Shown: positions 17,863 through 26,292 of the stretch, piece after piece
Layout of the letters: every line of letters begins with the position of its first letter
Position numbering within the stretch: position 1 is the stretch's first letter
From: Clostridia bacterium
GTDB taxonomy: Bacteria; Bacillota; Clostridia; Oscillospirales; Acutalibacteraceae
Direction: 5' to 3'
Assembly: GCA_029098305.1 (NCBI GenBank)
Contig: JAQXOB010000047.1
Coordinates: forward strand, 5,101-69,100
DNA length: 64,000 nucleotides
Translations under genes and position numbers: made by a program
The notes under the pieces: model-generated
The model's database searches: none
Told to the model about the DNA's origin: nothing
The model's input: the letters and a program-made list of their open reading frames with translations, nothing else

Positions 17863-18663
17863 ATGAATAATAAAAAAATTAAATCGCTTGTCGTTAAGCG
17901 TATTTTAAGCATAGCTTTAACGGCAAGCTTGGTTGCTTTGAGCTCTTTTGGGTTTTCCGGATGCAAATCTAATAAATCCACAGATTTTGTGAGCGATGTA
18001 AACACTGTTTCCCTTGATCCTATTGTTGATACAAGCGATGTTGATTCTGATGATACAGTGGTACTTGTAGAAAACCCTATAAACTTCGAAGATCTCCAGT
18101 CAAAGAACAGTGACCTTTATGCATGGATATATATTCCAAACACTTCTGTTGATTATCCTATAGCACAAAGTGCACCTGATGTAGATGATTCTTTTTATCT
18201 CCATCATGGCATCGATAAGAGTTACTTCTTTGCAGGCACTATCTATACAGAAAAGGCAAACAGCAAAGATTTTACCGATAGAAACACTTTGCTTTATGGT
18301 CACAATATGCTAGATGGCTCTATGTTTACAACTATACACAAGTTTGAGGACGAAAAGTTCTTTAACGATAATGAATATATCTACATATACACACCAGGCC
18401 ATATATTAACTTATAGAATCTTTGCAGCATATGAGTCTGACGATAGGCATATCCTCAATTCATATGATTTTTCAAAAGATGATGTCTGGGAAGAATATGT
18501 AAAGCAGGTGTCTAAGCCTGAATCAATATACACTTGCAACTATCGTGATGTTGGCTTGTCCACAGACAACACAATCATCACACTAAGCACCTGCACAAGC
18601 TACAGATCAAACAACAGATACCTTGTGCAAGCATATCTCTATAAAGACACACCCACAAAGTAA
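17863..18663 (+). CDS. srtB: Class B sortase (paralog 1)
   Basis: N-terminal membrane anchor (ends in the lipobox-like FSGC). DLYAWIYIPNTSVDYPIAQ, LYGHNMLDGSMF (catalytic His) and TLSTC (catalytic Cys) are typical of class B. Confidence 0.88.
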   Translation: MNNKKIKSLVVKRILSIALTASLVALSSFGFSGCKSNKSTDFVSDVNTVSLDPIVDTSDVDSDDTVVLVENPINFEDLQSKNSDLYAWIYIPNTSVDYPIAQSAPDVDDSFYLHHGIDKSYFFAGTIYTEKANSKDFTDRNTLLYGHNMLDGSMFTTIHKFEDEKFFNDNEYIYIYTPGHILTYRIFAAYESDDRHILNSYDFSKDDVWEEYVKQVSKPESIYTCNYRDVGLSTDNTIITLSTCTSYRSNNRYLVQAYLYKDTPTK

Positions 18664-18697
18664 TTTTTCCAAAGTTACTTGAAAGGAAGTGGAAACA

Positions 18698-19510
18698 ATG
18701 GGTAATAACAGTAAAAAAGCGAAAAAACAAGCAAACAAAACAAACGCCAGAGTTTCAGTGGTTGTAGCATGCATATTGATAGCGTGTTGTGTTGGTTTTT
18801 TTGGATATAACGGAGTAAAAAGCAAACAAACAGAGGATCTTATCAGCAGCGTAAAGAACACCTCTTTAGCTCCTTTGGATGATATAAACTCCTCTAATAA
18901 CAGTGATGTAAGCGTAACACTTCAAACCCCTATTAACTTTGAAGATTTGCAAGAAAAAAACAGTGATTTATACTCTTGGGTATATGTTCCAAACACATCT
19001 GTAGATTATCCGGTAGCACAGAGTGCCGATGATGGCTTTTATCTGCACCGTGGCACCGACAAAAGCTACTATTTTGCAGGCACTATCTACACAGAGAGCA
19101 CATACAACAGCACCGACTACAACGATAGAAACACTGTGCTATATGGTCACAATATGCTTGACGGCTCTATGTTTGCAACATTGCATAAGTTTGAGGGTGA
19201 GGAATTTTTCAACGAGAACGAATATTTTTACATTTACACTCCAGACCGTATCCTCACATACAGAATATTTGCTGCATATGAAGTGGATGATAGACATATT
19301 CTAAAAACTCATGATTTTTCAGATGATAGCGTATGGTCTGAATATCTTAATGAGATATCTAATCCTCAATCTGATTATACATGCAACTCGCGTGACGTAG
19401 AGTTATCCTTGGATAGCAAAATTGTAACTTTGAGCACCTGCACAAACTTCAGAGCCAATGACAGATATATTGTCCAGGGGGTGCTTATTGATGAACAAAC
19501 TACAGTTTAA
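18698..19510 (+). CDS. srtB: Class B sortase (paralog 2)
   Basis: Same motifs (DLYSWVYVPNTSVDYPVAQ, LYGHNMLDGSMF, TLSTC). Clearly paralogous to the upstream gene. An alternative GTG start lies at 18689. Confidence 0.88.
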   Translation: MGNNSKKAKKQANKTNARVSVVVACILIACCVGFFGYNGVKSKQTEDLISSVKNTSLAPLDDINSSNNSDVSVTLQTPINFEDLQEKNSDLYSWVYVPNTSVDYPVAQSADDGFYLHRGTDKSYYFAGTIYTESTYNSTDYNDRNTVLYGHNMLDGSMFATLHKFEGEEFFNENEYFYIYTPDRILTYRIFAAYEVDDRHILKTHDFSDDSVWSEYLNEISNPQSDYTCNSRDVELSLDSKIVTLSTCTNFRANDRYIVQGVLIDEQTTV

Positions 19511-20969
19511 TGATTTAAACAAAACCACAGATAATTTAAAGAAAACCACGGACAACGACGATCCTATACCACATTCTGAAAGGAAAGTAGTCAAAGTCAG
19601 GGTAGTAAAAAGAGTGACAAATTCTGAACCATCGCAAAGTCAAGCACGAATTGCAAAAGCAATGCAATCACCGTCAGATTCACAAGACAAAGAAAATTAT
19701 GAAGGATATCTTTTTGAATCTTCATATCAAAACAACCACGAAAGTAAATCTAAACGCAGTGAAAAAAAATCTGATTCGACTACACTGATAAGAGGTGATG
19801 TTCAAGGTGCAATACTTGAAGAAGCCGCACAGAGCGCCTCTAGTGACTATGATGATTATATATATTATAAAGAGCGCTATGACCTATCGAAACGTGGCAA
19901 GCACAAACACAGACACAATGATAAAAATGATGATAAAAACGGCAAAGTAAAACACAAGCTTCTTAGGTCTGTTTTGATTATAATGTTGTCTTTGATAGTA
20001 CTGGTTGTAGGTTGCTTTTTTTCACTAAGACAAATTGGTAAGGATGCTTTGTTAAAACAAAGTGAAAAAATAGAAACTCCTGATCTTGGCGGAGAGGTAA
20101 TCTCTGAAAACAATGGTCATATTATTAAATACAATGGTCACACCTATGAATATAACGAAAATATTACGAACATACTATTTATTGGAGTCGATAAAACCGA
20201 ATTGGGTGCTATTGACGGCGTTGTCGGAAAAGGAGGACAAGCCGATGCAATATATCTTGCAGCCCTAGATATTGAAGATGGAAGTATCATTACCTTTGCT
20301 ATACCGCGTGAAACAATGGCAGATATAGCTGTCTATTCAAGCTCCGGCTCATATTTGGGCATAGAAAACAAACAAATATGTCTGTCATATGCATATGGAG
20401 ATGGAAAAATAGAGAGCTGTAATAATCTTATAAGCTCACTTGAAAAACAATTTTTCGGAATAGAGATACAATCTTTTTTTGCCATGGACCTCATGGGCAT
20501 CAACGCCATGAACGACAATATCGGAGGCGTGGATGTTACACTGGACTATGATACCGTTATTAAAGGTCGTGAATTTAAGGCAGGAGTTCCTGTTCACCTT
20601 GCGGGCAGTATGGCAGAAGCCTTTGTGAGAACAAGAAGTCTAACAGAGGTCGATGCAAATATCAAACGTATGGAGAGACAAAAAATTTATCTAAATGCGT
20701 ACATTGATAAAGCTATTAAAATGACAAAAGAAGATATAAAAACTCCTTTGAATATTTACAATGCTGCAAGCGATTATTCTATAACAAGTATAGATGCGGC
20801 ATCAGTAACATATCTTGCCACACGCCTTATAGACAAAAATATTACTTTTCCAAATATTATGCGTCTGCCAGGCGAGGTAAAAATGGGAAAAGAATACGCA
20901 GAGTTCTATGTAGATGAGCAAGAATTCTACGAAATGTTTCTCGAAACATATTACAACCAAATTAATTGA
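19491..20969 (+). CDS. LytR-CpsA-Psr (LCP) family phosphotransferase with long charged cytoplasmic N-terminus
   Basis: ILFIGVDK...GGQADAIYLAALD...PRET is the LCP core. Single TM (LLRSVLIIMLSLIVLVVGCFF) after ~165 charged residues. ATG 19491 overlaps the srtB stop by 20 nt, with GGGGGTG SD upstream. Confidence 0.85.
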   Translation: MNKLQFNDLNKTTDNLKKTTDNDDPIPHSERKVVKVRVVKRVTNSEPSQSQARIAKAMQSPSDSQDKENYEGYLFESSYQNNHESKSKRSEKKSDSTTLIRGDVQGAILEEAAQSASSDYDDYIYYKERYDLSKRGKHKHRHNDKNDDKNGKVKHKLLRSVLIIMLSLIVLVVGCFFSLRQIGKDALLKQSEKIETPDLGGEVISENNGHIIKYNGHTYEYNENITNILFIGVDKTELGAIDGVVGKGGQADAIYLAALDIEDGSIITFAIPRETMADIAVYSSSGSYLGIENKQICLSYAYGDGKIESCNNLISSLEKQFFGIEIQSFFAMDLMGINAMNDNIGGVDVTLDYDTVIKGREFKAGVPVHLAGSMAEAFVRTRSLTEVDANIKRMERQKIYLNAYIDKAIKMTKEDIKTPLNIYNAASDYSITSIDAASVTYLATRLIDKNITFPNIMRLPGEVKMGKEYAEFYVDEQEFYEMFLETYYNQIN

Positions 20970-21021
20970 TTTATACCAACTATGTGGTCGATTATTGTTG
21001 TAAAATTATCAAGTGTTTTGC

Positions 21022-21050
21022 TTGACTTATTTTAAAAATACGTGTACAAT
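21022..21050 (+). promoter_or_regulatory. Sigma-A-type promoter (TTGACT-N17-TACAAT)
   Basis: TTGACT at 21022-21027 and TACAAT at 21045-21050. Confidence 0.55.
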
Positions 21051-21087
21051 AATGACATATTAAGCATTGAAAGGATTAACTAAAACT

Positions 21088-21402
21088 ATGATGAATGATT
21101 TAGAAATGGATTTTATCAGCTTGCTTGACGATGACGGCACTGAATATCAATTTGAAATTCTTGATGTAATAAACGAAGACGGAAGAAAGTTCTATGCACT
21201 AAGCCCTGTTATCGATGACGAAAACCAAGTTATCGAAGATAGTGGTGAGTATTACATCATGGAGGAAATCATCGAAGAAGGCGATGACTCTCCTATGTTG
21301 GTTGATCTTGAGGACGAAAAGCTTCTTGACCACCTCGCAGAGATTTTCGAGGCTCATTTCGACGAAATGTTTGAATACGACGAGGACGAGTCTGAGGAAT
21401 AA
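21088..21402 (+). CDS. DUF1292 family protein
   Basis: DDDGTEYQFEILDVINEDGRKFYAL plus an acidic C-terminus is characteristic of DUF1292. The start could be the TTG at 21067. Confidence 0.8.
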   Translation: MMNDLEMDFISLLDDDGTEYQFEILDVINEDGRKFYALSPVIDDENQVIEDSGEYYIMEEIIEEGDDSPMLVDLEDEKLLDHLAEIFEAHFDEMFEYDEDESEE

Positions 21403-21454
21403 TTTTGTTCACTTTCTGCCCGATTCGCTTATTGCATTGATATAACCCTACAAC

Positions 21455-21627
21455 TTATTTATAGGGAGCCGGACTCCTGAGATTGTGTGCAGACCTCCCG
21501 ATTTTTCGGAAGAAGGGAGCCTGAGGTCAAGGGGAGGCACCCACCTGTCGATTAGTAGGCAGGTTGTAAAAAATGCGCTACGGTCGGGCGGAATAAACAT
21601 ACTTTCCAAAACAAAAAGCCTTACACA
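21455..21627 (+). other. GC-rich structured non-coding element (candidate leader RNA, sRNA or REP-like repeat)
   Basis: Visibly GC-rich island in AT-rich intergenic DNA. Contains GGGAGCC twice and complementary blocks gacctccc / ggggaggc and acctg...caggt. The only ORF across it is an implausible N-terminal extension of the next gene. Confidence 0.5.
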
Positions 21628-21655
21628 GCGCTCGGAAATATCCGGGCGTTTTTCT
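21628..21655 (+). terminator. Rho-independent terminator or attenuator ~20 nt before the next start codon
   Basis: gcgctcgga / tccgggcg(t) 9-bp stem (G-U pairs), 4-nt loop aata, followed by TTTTTCT. Confidence 0.7.
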
Positions 21656-21673
21656 ATAAATTATATAAATGGG

Positions 21674-23908
21674 ATGATAAAAATGAACAAATTAAGAAAA
21701 ATCATTGCAATAGCTCTTGTTGCATCTGTGTTAGGAACAGCCGGTGTGTCTGCATCTGCTACTTCTATTGAAGCAGGCGAAACATCACACGCTGTAGTAA
21801 GCATTAAGAACAGTGATGCAGAAGTCAAGACAAAAACTATTGCTACAGAAAGCAACGAAATTATCATAAGTGAAGACTCCATAACAATCGATGGCGAAAA
21901 AGACGAGAAATCTTATGATATGTACATATTAAAAGGTGATTATAGCTCAGACCTAAAGATTGTTATTGATAGCGAAACAAAGCGAGATATAAACATTCAG
22001 CTTGAAGAATTTACTTTAGATAAAACAAACGAAGAAGCTTTGATTTCATCAGATGCAACATGTAACATCAATTTAGTTCTTGCTGGTATCGGAAGTACAA
22101 TCAAATCATCAGCAGAAAAAGCAACAGCTTTAATCTCTGCTCCAAATGCTTCACTTAACATTCAGCCAGATGTATATAGAGGTCACAATTCTATCCTCAG
22201 TGTAATCTCCACATCAGAAGCAATAGACGAAGACACCTCTGTAGGATGTCTTGCTGTTAAAAAACTGACATTTGTAGCAGGTGCAAAGGTAAATTTCGAA
22301 AGCAAAGCCAACTCTGCTATAATATCTGATGCAGTCACTGTTAACCCAGATGTAGAAATTCGTCTTAATGTAGCCTGCAGCAGAAAGATTATTACAAACG
22401 ATTATAAACAGCAGGGTGGTGGTGTTTTCTTTGGTCATGAAAATACCGGCTCTCTCATCTATCTCACATATATTAAAGAAACAAATAGTTTTGCAAACTT
22501 TAGAGTCATAGATGGTCATCTTGAAGGTAGTACAGATGGCTACTGTGTTGAAGGTGACGTTATAAACCAGGCATCAATTATCGGCGGAACAATACGCTTA
22601 GAGTCTAGCTCAAAACCGGTATTTTATGCAAGAAGAAAGTTTCAGGATTTCTTCATTAATGGCGGAATTGTTGAACTTTTAACGTCTGCCGCTCACACAG
22701 TAGAATGTAACACAACTGAATTTATCAAATTCAGCAATTCACACGCAGTTATACTTAACGACGGTAACACACACATAACTTGCACAGAGTATCCATTCGC
22801 AAAAAAGACCCCGAACGGTCACTTTGAGAAAGTTGATCCATACAATCTACTAGGTCAAAAAGTATATCAGCACCACATTGATCTTGAGAGCATTAGACTT
22901 AGCTTACGATATTTTAATCTCGTTGAAGTGCTCAAAAACAATGATTACAACCTAGGACATGTTCTATATAATGACGTGCTTGTAAGCACCAAAGATAAAT
23001 TTGATCTTGGTGGTGAAGGTCCTTATATCTGGCTTAGTGAGCCACAAAAGGGCGACAATGGTGCACTTATATTCACTAATATTGGATTGACCTTTAAACA
23101 TGTTGGAGCGTTTTCTGATTATATAGAAAATATAGATACGGTTCCTGCTGAGATGGCATATGACAACTCATCATTGTTTGTGTTTTTTGATAAGAGAAAC
23201 GGTATAAATGGAACTGATAGCGTAACACAAATTACCGACTACAAACTTCCTGCTAAAATCGATGTACCTGAAAAAGATGAAATATACGATGATAAATTCT
23301 TAGGCTACTATGATTCCACCGATTGGACAAAGAAGTATTATGATGAAAACGGCAATCTTGTAGCTGATGCAGATATCAGAGAAAATACATTCTTAGTTGC
23401 ACAGTGGCAAACTGATGTTAAGGTTGAGGCTGAGCGTATGGATGTTCACTTTGTTCTCAATGGTGGCACGTGCGACTTCCACAGCAACTTTATGGATAAT
23501 GACTTTAACTCTACCATACCGCTTAAAGAAGACTTTGTAATTCCTGATGCTGTAAAAGAAGGCAAAACATTCCTTGGATGGTATCTTTCACCTGATGGCA
23601 GTGGCGAGAGAATCTTAAATTCTGCTATGCTGATCGACCTACTCGGCACAGAGAATGTTACATTGTATGCTATTTGGGAAGGAGAAACCTACACTAAAGC
23701 AATGTATGGTGACGCCAACTGCGATGGTTTCGTAAATATGGAAGATGTAACTACGATTCAAAAGGTTATTGCAGAACTTATCACTCCTGAAAAGGCTGGA
23801 GATAATTATGCAATTAATTCAGATGTTACACATGACGAAAAAACAACAATGGAAGACGTTGTTCTTATCCAGAGATATCTGGCTAAGCTTGTGGATAGCC
23901 TCGATTGA
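21674..23908 (+). CDS. Secreted dockerin-containing protein (possible Cthe_2159-like beta-helix region, Listeria-Bacteroides-type repeats, C-terminal dockerin)
   Basis: Signal peptide MIKMNKLRKIIAIALVASVLGTAGVSASA. GKTFLGWYLSPDGSGERI...LYAIWEG repeat. Dockerin GDANCDGFVNMEDVTTIQKVIAEL and SDVTHDEKTTMEDVVLIQRYLAKL. The beta-helix call is tentative. Confidence 0.8.
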   Translation: MIKMNKLRKIIAIALVASVLGTAGVSASATSIEAGETSHAVVSIKNSDAEVKTKTIATESNEIIISEDSITIDGEKDEKSYDMYILKGDYSSDLKIVIDSETKRDINIQLEEFTLDKTNEEALISSDATCNINLVLAGIGSTIKSSAEKATALISAPNASLNIQPDVYRGHNSILSVISTSEAIDEDTSVGCLAVKKLTFVAGAKVNFESKANSAIISDAVTVNPDVEIRLNVACSRKIITNDYKQQGGGVFFGHENTGSLIYLTYIKETNSFANFRVIDGHLEGSTDGYCVEGDVINQASIIGGTIRLESSSKPVFYARRKFQDFFINGGIVELLTSAAHTVECNTTEFIKFSNSHAVILNDGNTHITCTEYPFAKKTPNGHFEKVDPYNLLGQKVYQHHIDLESIRLSLRYFNLVEVLKNNDYNLGHVLYNDVLVSTKDKFDLGGEGPYIWLSEPQKGDNGALIFTNIGLTFKHVGAFSDYIENIDTVPAEMAYDNSSLFVFFDKRNGINGTDSVTQITDYKLPAKIDVPEKDEIYDDKFLGYYDSTDWTKKYYDENGNLVADADIRENTFLVAQWQTDVKVEAERMDVHFVLNGGTCDFHSNFMDNDFNSTIPLKEDFVIPDAVKEGKTFLGWYLSPDGSGERILNSAMLIDLLGTENVTLYAIWEGETYTKAMYGDANCDGFVNMEDVTTIQKVIAELITPEKAGDNYAINSDVTHDEKTTMEDVVLIQRYLAKLVDSLD

Positions 23909-23952
23909 TAATCAAAATATCTAAAAAAACATAATGAAAGGAATTGATTACT

Positions 23953-24387
23953 ATGTTTAAAAAATTTGGAATTGTTATTTTTTCTGTTTTGATCGCAACT
24001 TCACTGCTTGCAGGATGTGGTGATAAAGACGATAAGAAGGTAAACAGCAATACATCCTCCGACACAACAAGTGCAGTAAGTTCCAACAGTTCAAATCCTG
24101 ATGTAAACACAGATGTTATCGAAATCGGTGGTGGTGATGACAAGGTTCTCACACCTGATATTGTCATTACACCGGGAATAGAAGACAGCACCGAATCAAA
24201 ATCTGATGCTCCTTCTTCGGGAGATTCCGGAAATTCTAGCACATCATCAAAAAGCACCTCTTCCACAAGCTCAAAGGGTTCTGATAGCTCATCAAGCAAA
24301 GCTTCATCAAGTGCCGAGTCCGATTCAGAGTACTATGATGATTGGGAAGGCGACAATGTTATAGATTTCTCTGAGCTTTTAGGATAA
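23953..24387 (+). CDS. Ser/Thr/Asp-rich lipoprotein
   Basis: Lipobox LLAGC|G. Low-complexity Ser-rich body and acidic C-terminus (EYYDDWEGDNVIDFSELLG). Confidence 0.7.
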   Translation: MFKKFGIVIFSVLIATSLLAGCGDKDDKKVNSNTSSDTTSAVSSNSSNPDVNTDVIEIGGGDDKVLTPDIVITPGIEDSTESKSDAPSSGDSGNSSTSSKSTSSTSSKGSDSSSSKASSSAESDSEYYDDWEGDNVIDFSELLG

Positions 24388-24406
24388 TCGAATTGAGGTA
24401 CACACA

Positions 24407-25111
24407 GTGAGCATATATAAAATAGCGGATTTGTATATTGATATCGATCCAAAATATGAATATACTAAAGAAAGATTGAAAGACTATATCTCTGATGACA
24501 ATGTCGCACCGGATTTTTCGGTGCGACTCACCAGAGATTTGATTTTGCAGGAAGTTTCTTATGCTCCCGGACTTCCGGAACCATGCTATGAAAGCACAGC
24601 AATCTATAGGCAGATTTGTCTTAAAGTACTTGAAAAATACAATGGATTCTTTTTTCATTGCTCTGCCCTCTCGGTAGACAATCAGGCATATCTGTTCACA
24701 GCACAAAGTGGCACAGGCAAATCTACACATACACGTATTTGGCGTGAGGTTTTTGGTGATAAGGTGGTTATGATCAACGATGACAAGCCACTACTTCGCC
24801 TTATAGACGGAAAATTTTATGTATATGGCACTCCATGGGATGGCAAACACGCCATTAGTAACAACATAAAGGTGCCTCTAAAGGCTATCTGCTTTTTGCA
24901 TCGTGGCGAAGAAAATAAAATCTCTAAGGTGGTTGGAATAGACCATCTTCACAATATTCTCAATCAGACTATTATGCCAAAGAGTTCTACTTCTATGATA
25001 AATCTGCTTGATATTTTGGAAAAAATGCTCACCGATATACCTACCTATGAATTATACTGTAACATTTCGCAGGAAGCTGCAAGGGTTTCATATATGGGTA
25101 TGATTGAATAA
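24407..25111 (+). CDS. HPr-kinase-related (PEPCK-like P-loop) protein
   Basis: GTG start 7 nt after GAGGT. FHCSALSVDNQAYLFTAQSGTGKSTHTRIW...INDDKPLL...DGKFYVYGTPW matches the HprK-like kinase pattern seen in Firmicute lasso-type clusters (HAxAV..G.a.lf.G.SG.GKST...DD). Confidence 0.65.
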   Translation: MSIYKIADLYIDIDPKYEYTKERLKDYISDDNVAPDFSVRLTRDLILQEVSYAPGLPEPCYESTAIYRQICLKVLEKYNGFFFHCSALSVDNQAYLFTAQSGTGKSTHTRIWREVFGDKVVMINDDKPLLRLIDGKFYVYGTPWDGKHAISNNIKVPLKAICFLHRGEENKISKVVGIDHLHNILNQTIMPKSSTSMINLLDILEKMLTDIPTYELYCNISQEAARVSYMGMIE

Positions 25112-25129
25112 ACGAAAGGACTGATAAAA

Positions 25130-25399
25130 GTGATAAAGTCTAAAGAAGGACTTCTCGTAAGAAAATTTGGAGACAAATATGTAATTGTAGCTATTGACGA
25201 TATGGCAGATGAATTTCATAGTCTTATTACATTGAATGATACAGGTCTTTTTATTTGGAAGCTTATCGAGAAAGGTACCGATGCTGACAAAATTCTAGAG
25301 AATATTTTGTCTACATATGATATTGATGAGGAGACAGCAAAAGCTGATATACAAAACTTTATTGAAAGTGCAAGAAAAGCAGGTATATTAAATGAGTGA
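25130..25399 (+). CDS. PqqD-family protein (stand-alone RiPP recognition element type)
   Basis: 89 aa. LLVRKFGDKYVIVAID...LITLNDTGLFIWKLIEKGTDADKILENILSTYDIDEETAKADIQNFIESARKAGIL is the PqqD winged-helix pattern. GTG start. Confidence 0.75.
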   Translation: MIKSKEGLLVRKFGDKYVIVAIDDMADEFHSLITLNDTGLFIWKLIEKGTDADKILENILSTYDIDEETAKADIQNFIESARKAGILNE

Positions 25400-25847
25400 T
25401 CTGCCATGCATAAAAGATATAATCGAACGTGACGGTGAGTATATAGGAACACCACATGGTGATAGTATGTACCCTTTGTTGCATAATAAACGTGACACTA
25501 TACACGTTGTGAAGAAGACAGACAAGCTAAAAAAACATGATGTAGCATTATACATACGAAAAAATGGACAATATGTGCTTCATCGCATAATGAAAATTGA
25601 AAATAACAGCTACACAATGTGTGGCGATAGCCAATATGTTTTGGAGAGAGGTATACAAGAAGATCAAATTATCGGAGTTTTAAAGAGCTTTTATAGAAAC
25701 GATAAATATTGCGACACAAATAAAATACGTTACAAAATTTACGTTTTTATGTGGTGTCTATCTCCAAAAATCAGAAGATTCCTTATGCGTTTTGTTGCAT
25801 ACGCAGAGAACAAAAAGAACAAGATTAAAACTAAAGGAAAAGCCTGA
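25392..25847 (+). CDS. S24/S26-family serine peptidase (LexA/signal-peptidase fold)
   Basis: GDSMYPLL Ser motif and a downstream VLHRIMKI Lys segment. The ATG overlaps the PqqD stop (ATGAGTGA). Confidence 0.75.
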   Translation: MSDLPCIKDIIERDGEYIGTPHGDSMYPLLHNKRDTIHVVKKTDKLKKHDVALYIRKNGQYVLHRIMKIENNSYTMCGDSQYVLERGIQEDQIIGVLKSFYRNDKYCDTNKIRYKIYVFMWCLSPKIRRFLMRFVAYAENKKNKIKTKGKA

Positions 25848-25849
25848 CA

Positions 25850-26230
25850 ATGAAGAAATGTGACTATTGTGGTAATCAAATATCATATAGCGAACAATAC
25901 TGCTGTGATGAATGCAGCGAGAAAGCATTAAAATATTATCACTTTGAAAGAAAATTTAAAAATATTTTTGGCTTTTTCAATATCATCTGCGTTATATCCG
26001 TTATGGCTGCTTGTTTTTTAGCTCTGCTCTTATCTGCTAAAATTGGTTATATAATATCAGGATCAGCTCTCACCCTTTTGGGAGCGACCGTGGTTGCTTT
26101 TCCAATGCCTACTCTAAATCAAATAAAAAAACAAAAAATTCAAAAAGCGGTGATTTCTACCAGAATTATTGGTGGGATTATTTCCTTTTCAGGTATTTGT
26201 TTGTTAATTGTAGGCTTGTTTGTCGTATAA
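25850..26230 (+). CDS. Zinc-ribbon membrane protein
   Basis: CDYCGNQI...CCDEC gives two Cys pairs, followed by 3-4 TM segments. Starts 2 nt after the peptidase stop. Confidence 0.65.
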   Translation: MKKCDYCGNQISYSEQYCCDECSEKALKYYHFERKFKNIFGFFNIICVISVMAACFLALLLSAKIGYIISGSALTLLGATVVAFPMPTLNQIKKQKIQKAVISTRIIGGIISFSGICLLIVGLFVV

Positions 26231-26292
26231 ATGAATAATTAATCTCCTTTTTGTCAATGATAAGATTGAAAAAACAAAAAGGAGGTTTTTTT

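Noticed and set aside
19023-19304. 93-aa alternative-frame ORF inside sortase gene 2 (also 2083-2292 inside the DHHW-like gene)
   Set aside because: It is embedded in a gene with clear family motifs in another frame. Its composition is biased and it has no SD.
21455-21627. Possible ykkC-type (guanidine/ppGpp/PRPP) or TPP riboswitch
   Set aside because: UAGGGAGCCGG and ACGGUCGGGCGGAAUAAA loosely recall the ykkC motifs CUAGGGUUCCGG and ACGG.GGGA.AAAA, and a CUGAGA is present. However, the GGUCCGAGAG box is missing, the spacing is about 50 percent too long, and the downstream gene is not of the regulated type. I kept it only as an unclassified structured element.
21485-21673. N-terminal 63-aa extension of the dockerin-protein ORF (MCRPPDFSEEGSLRSRGG...)
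   Set aside because: It runs through the GC-rich structured element and across an intrinsic terminator. It has no SD and precedes a perfectly good signal peptide starting at ATG 21674/21683.
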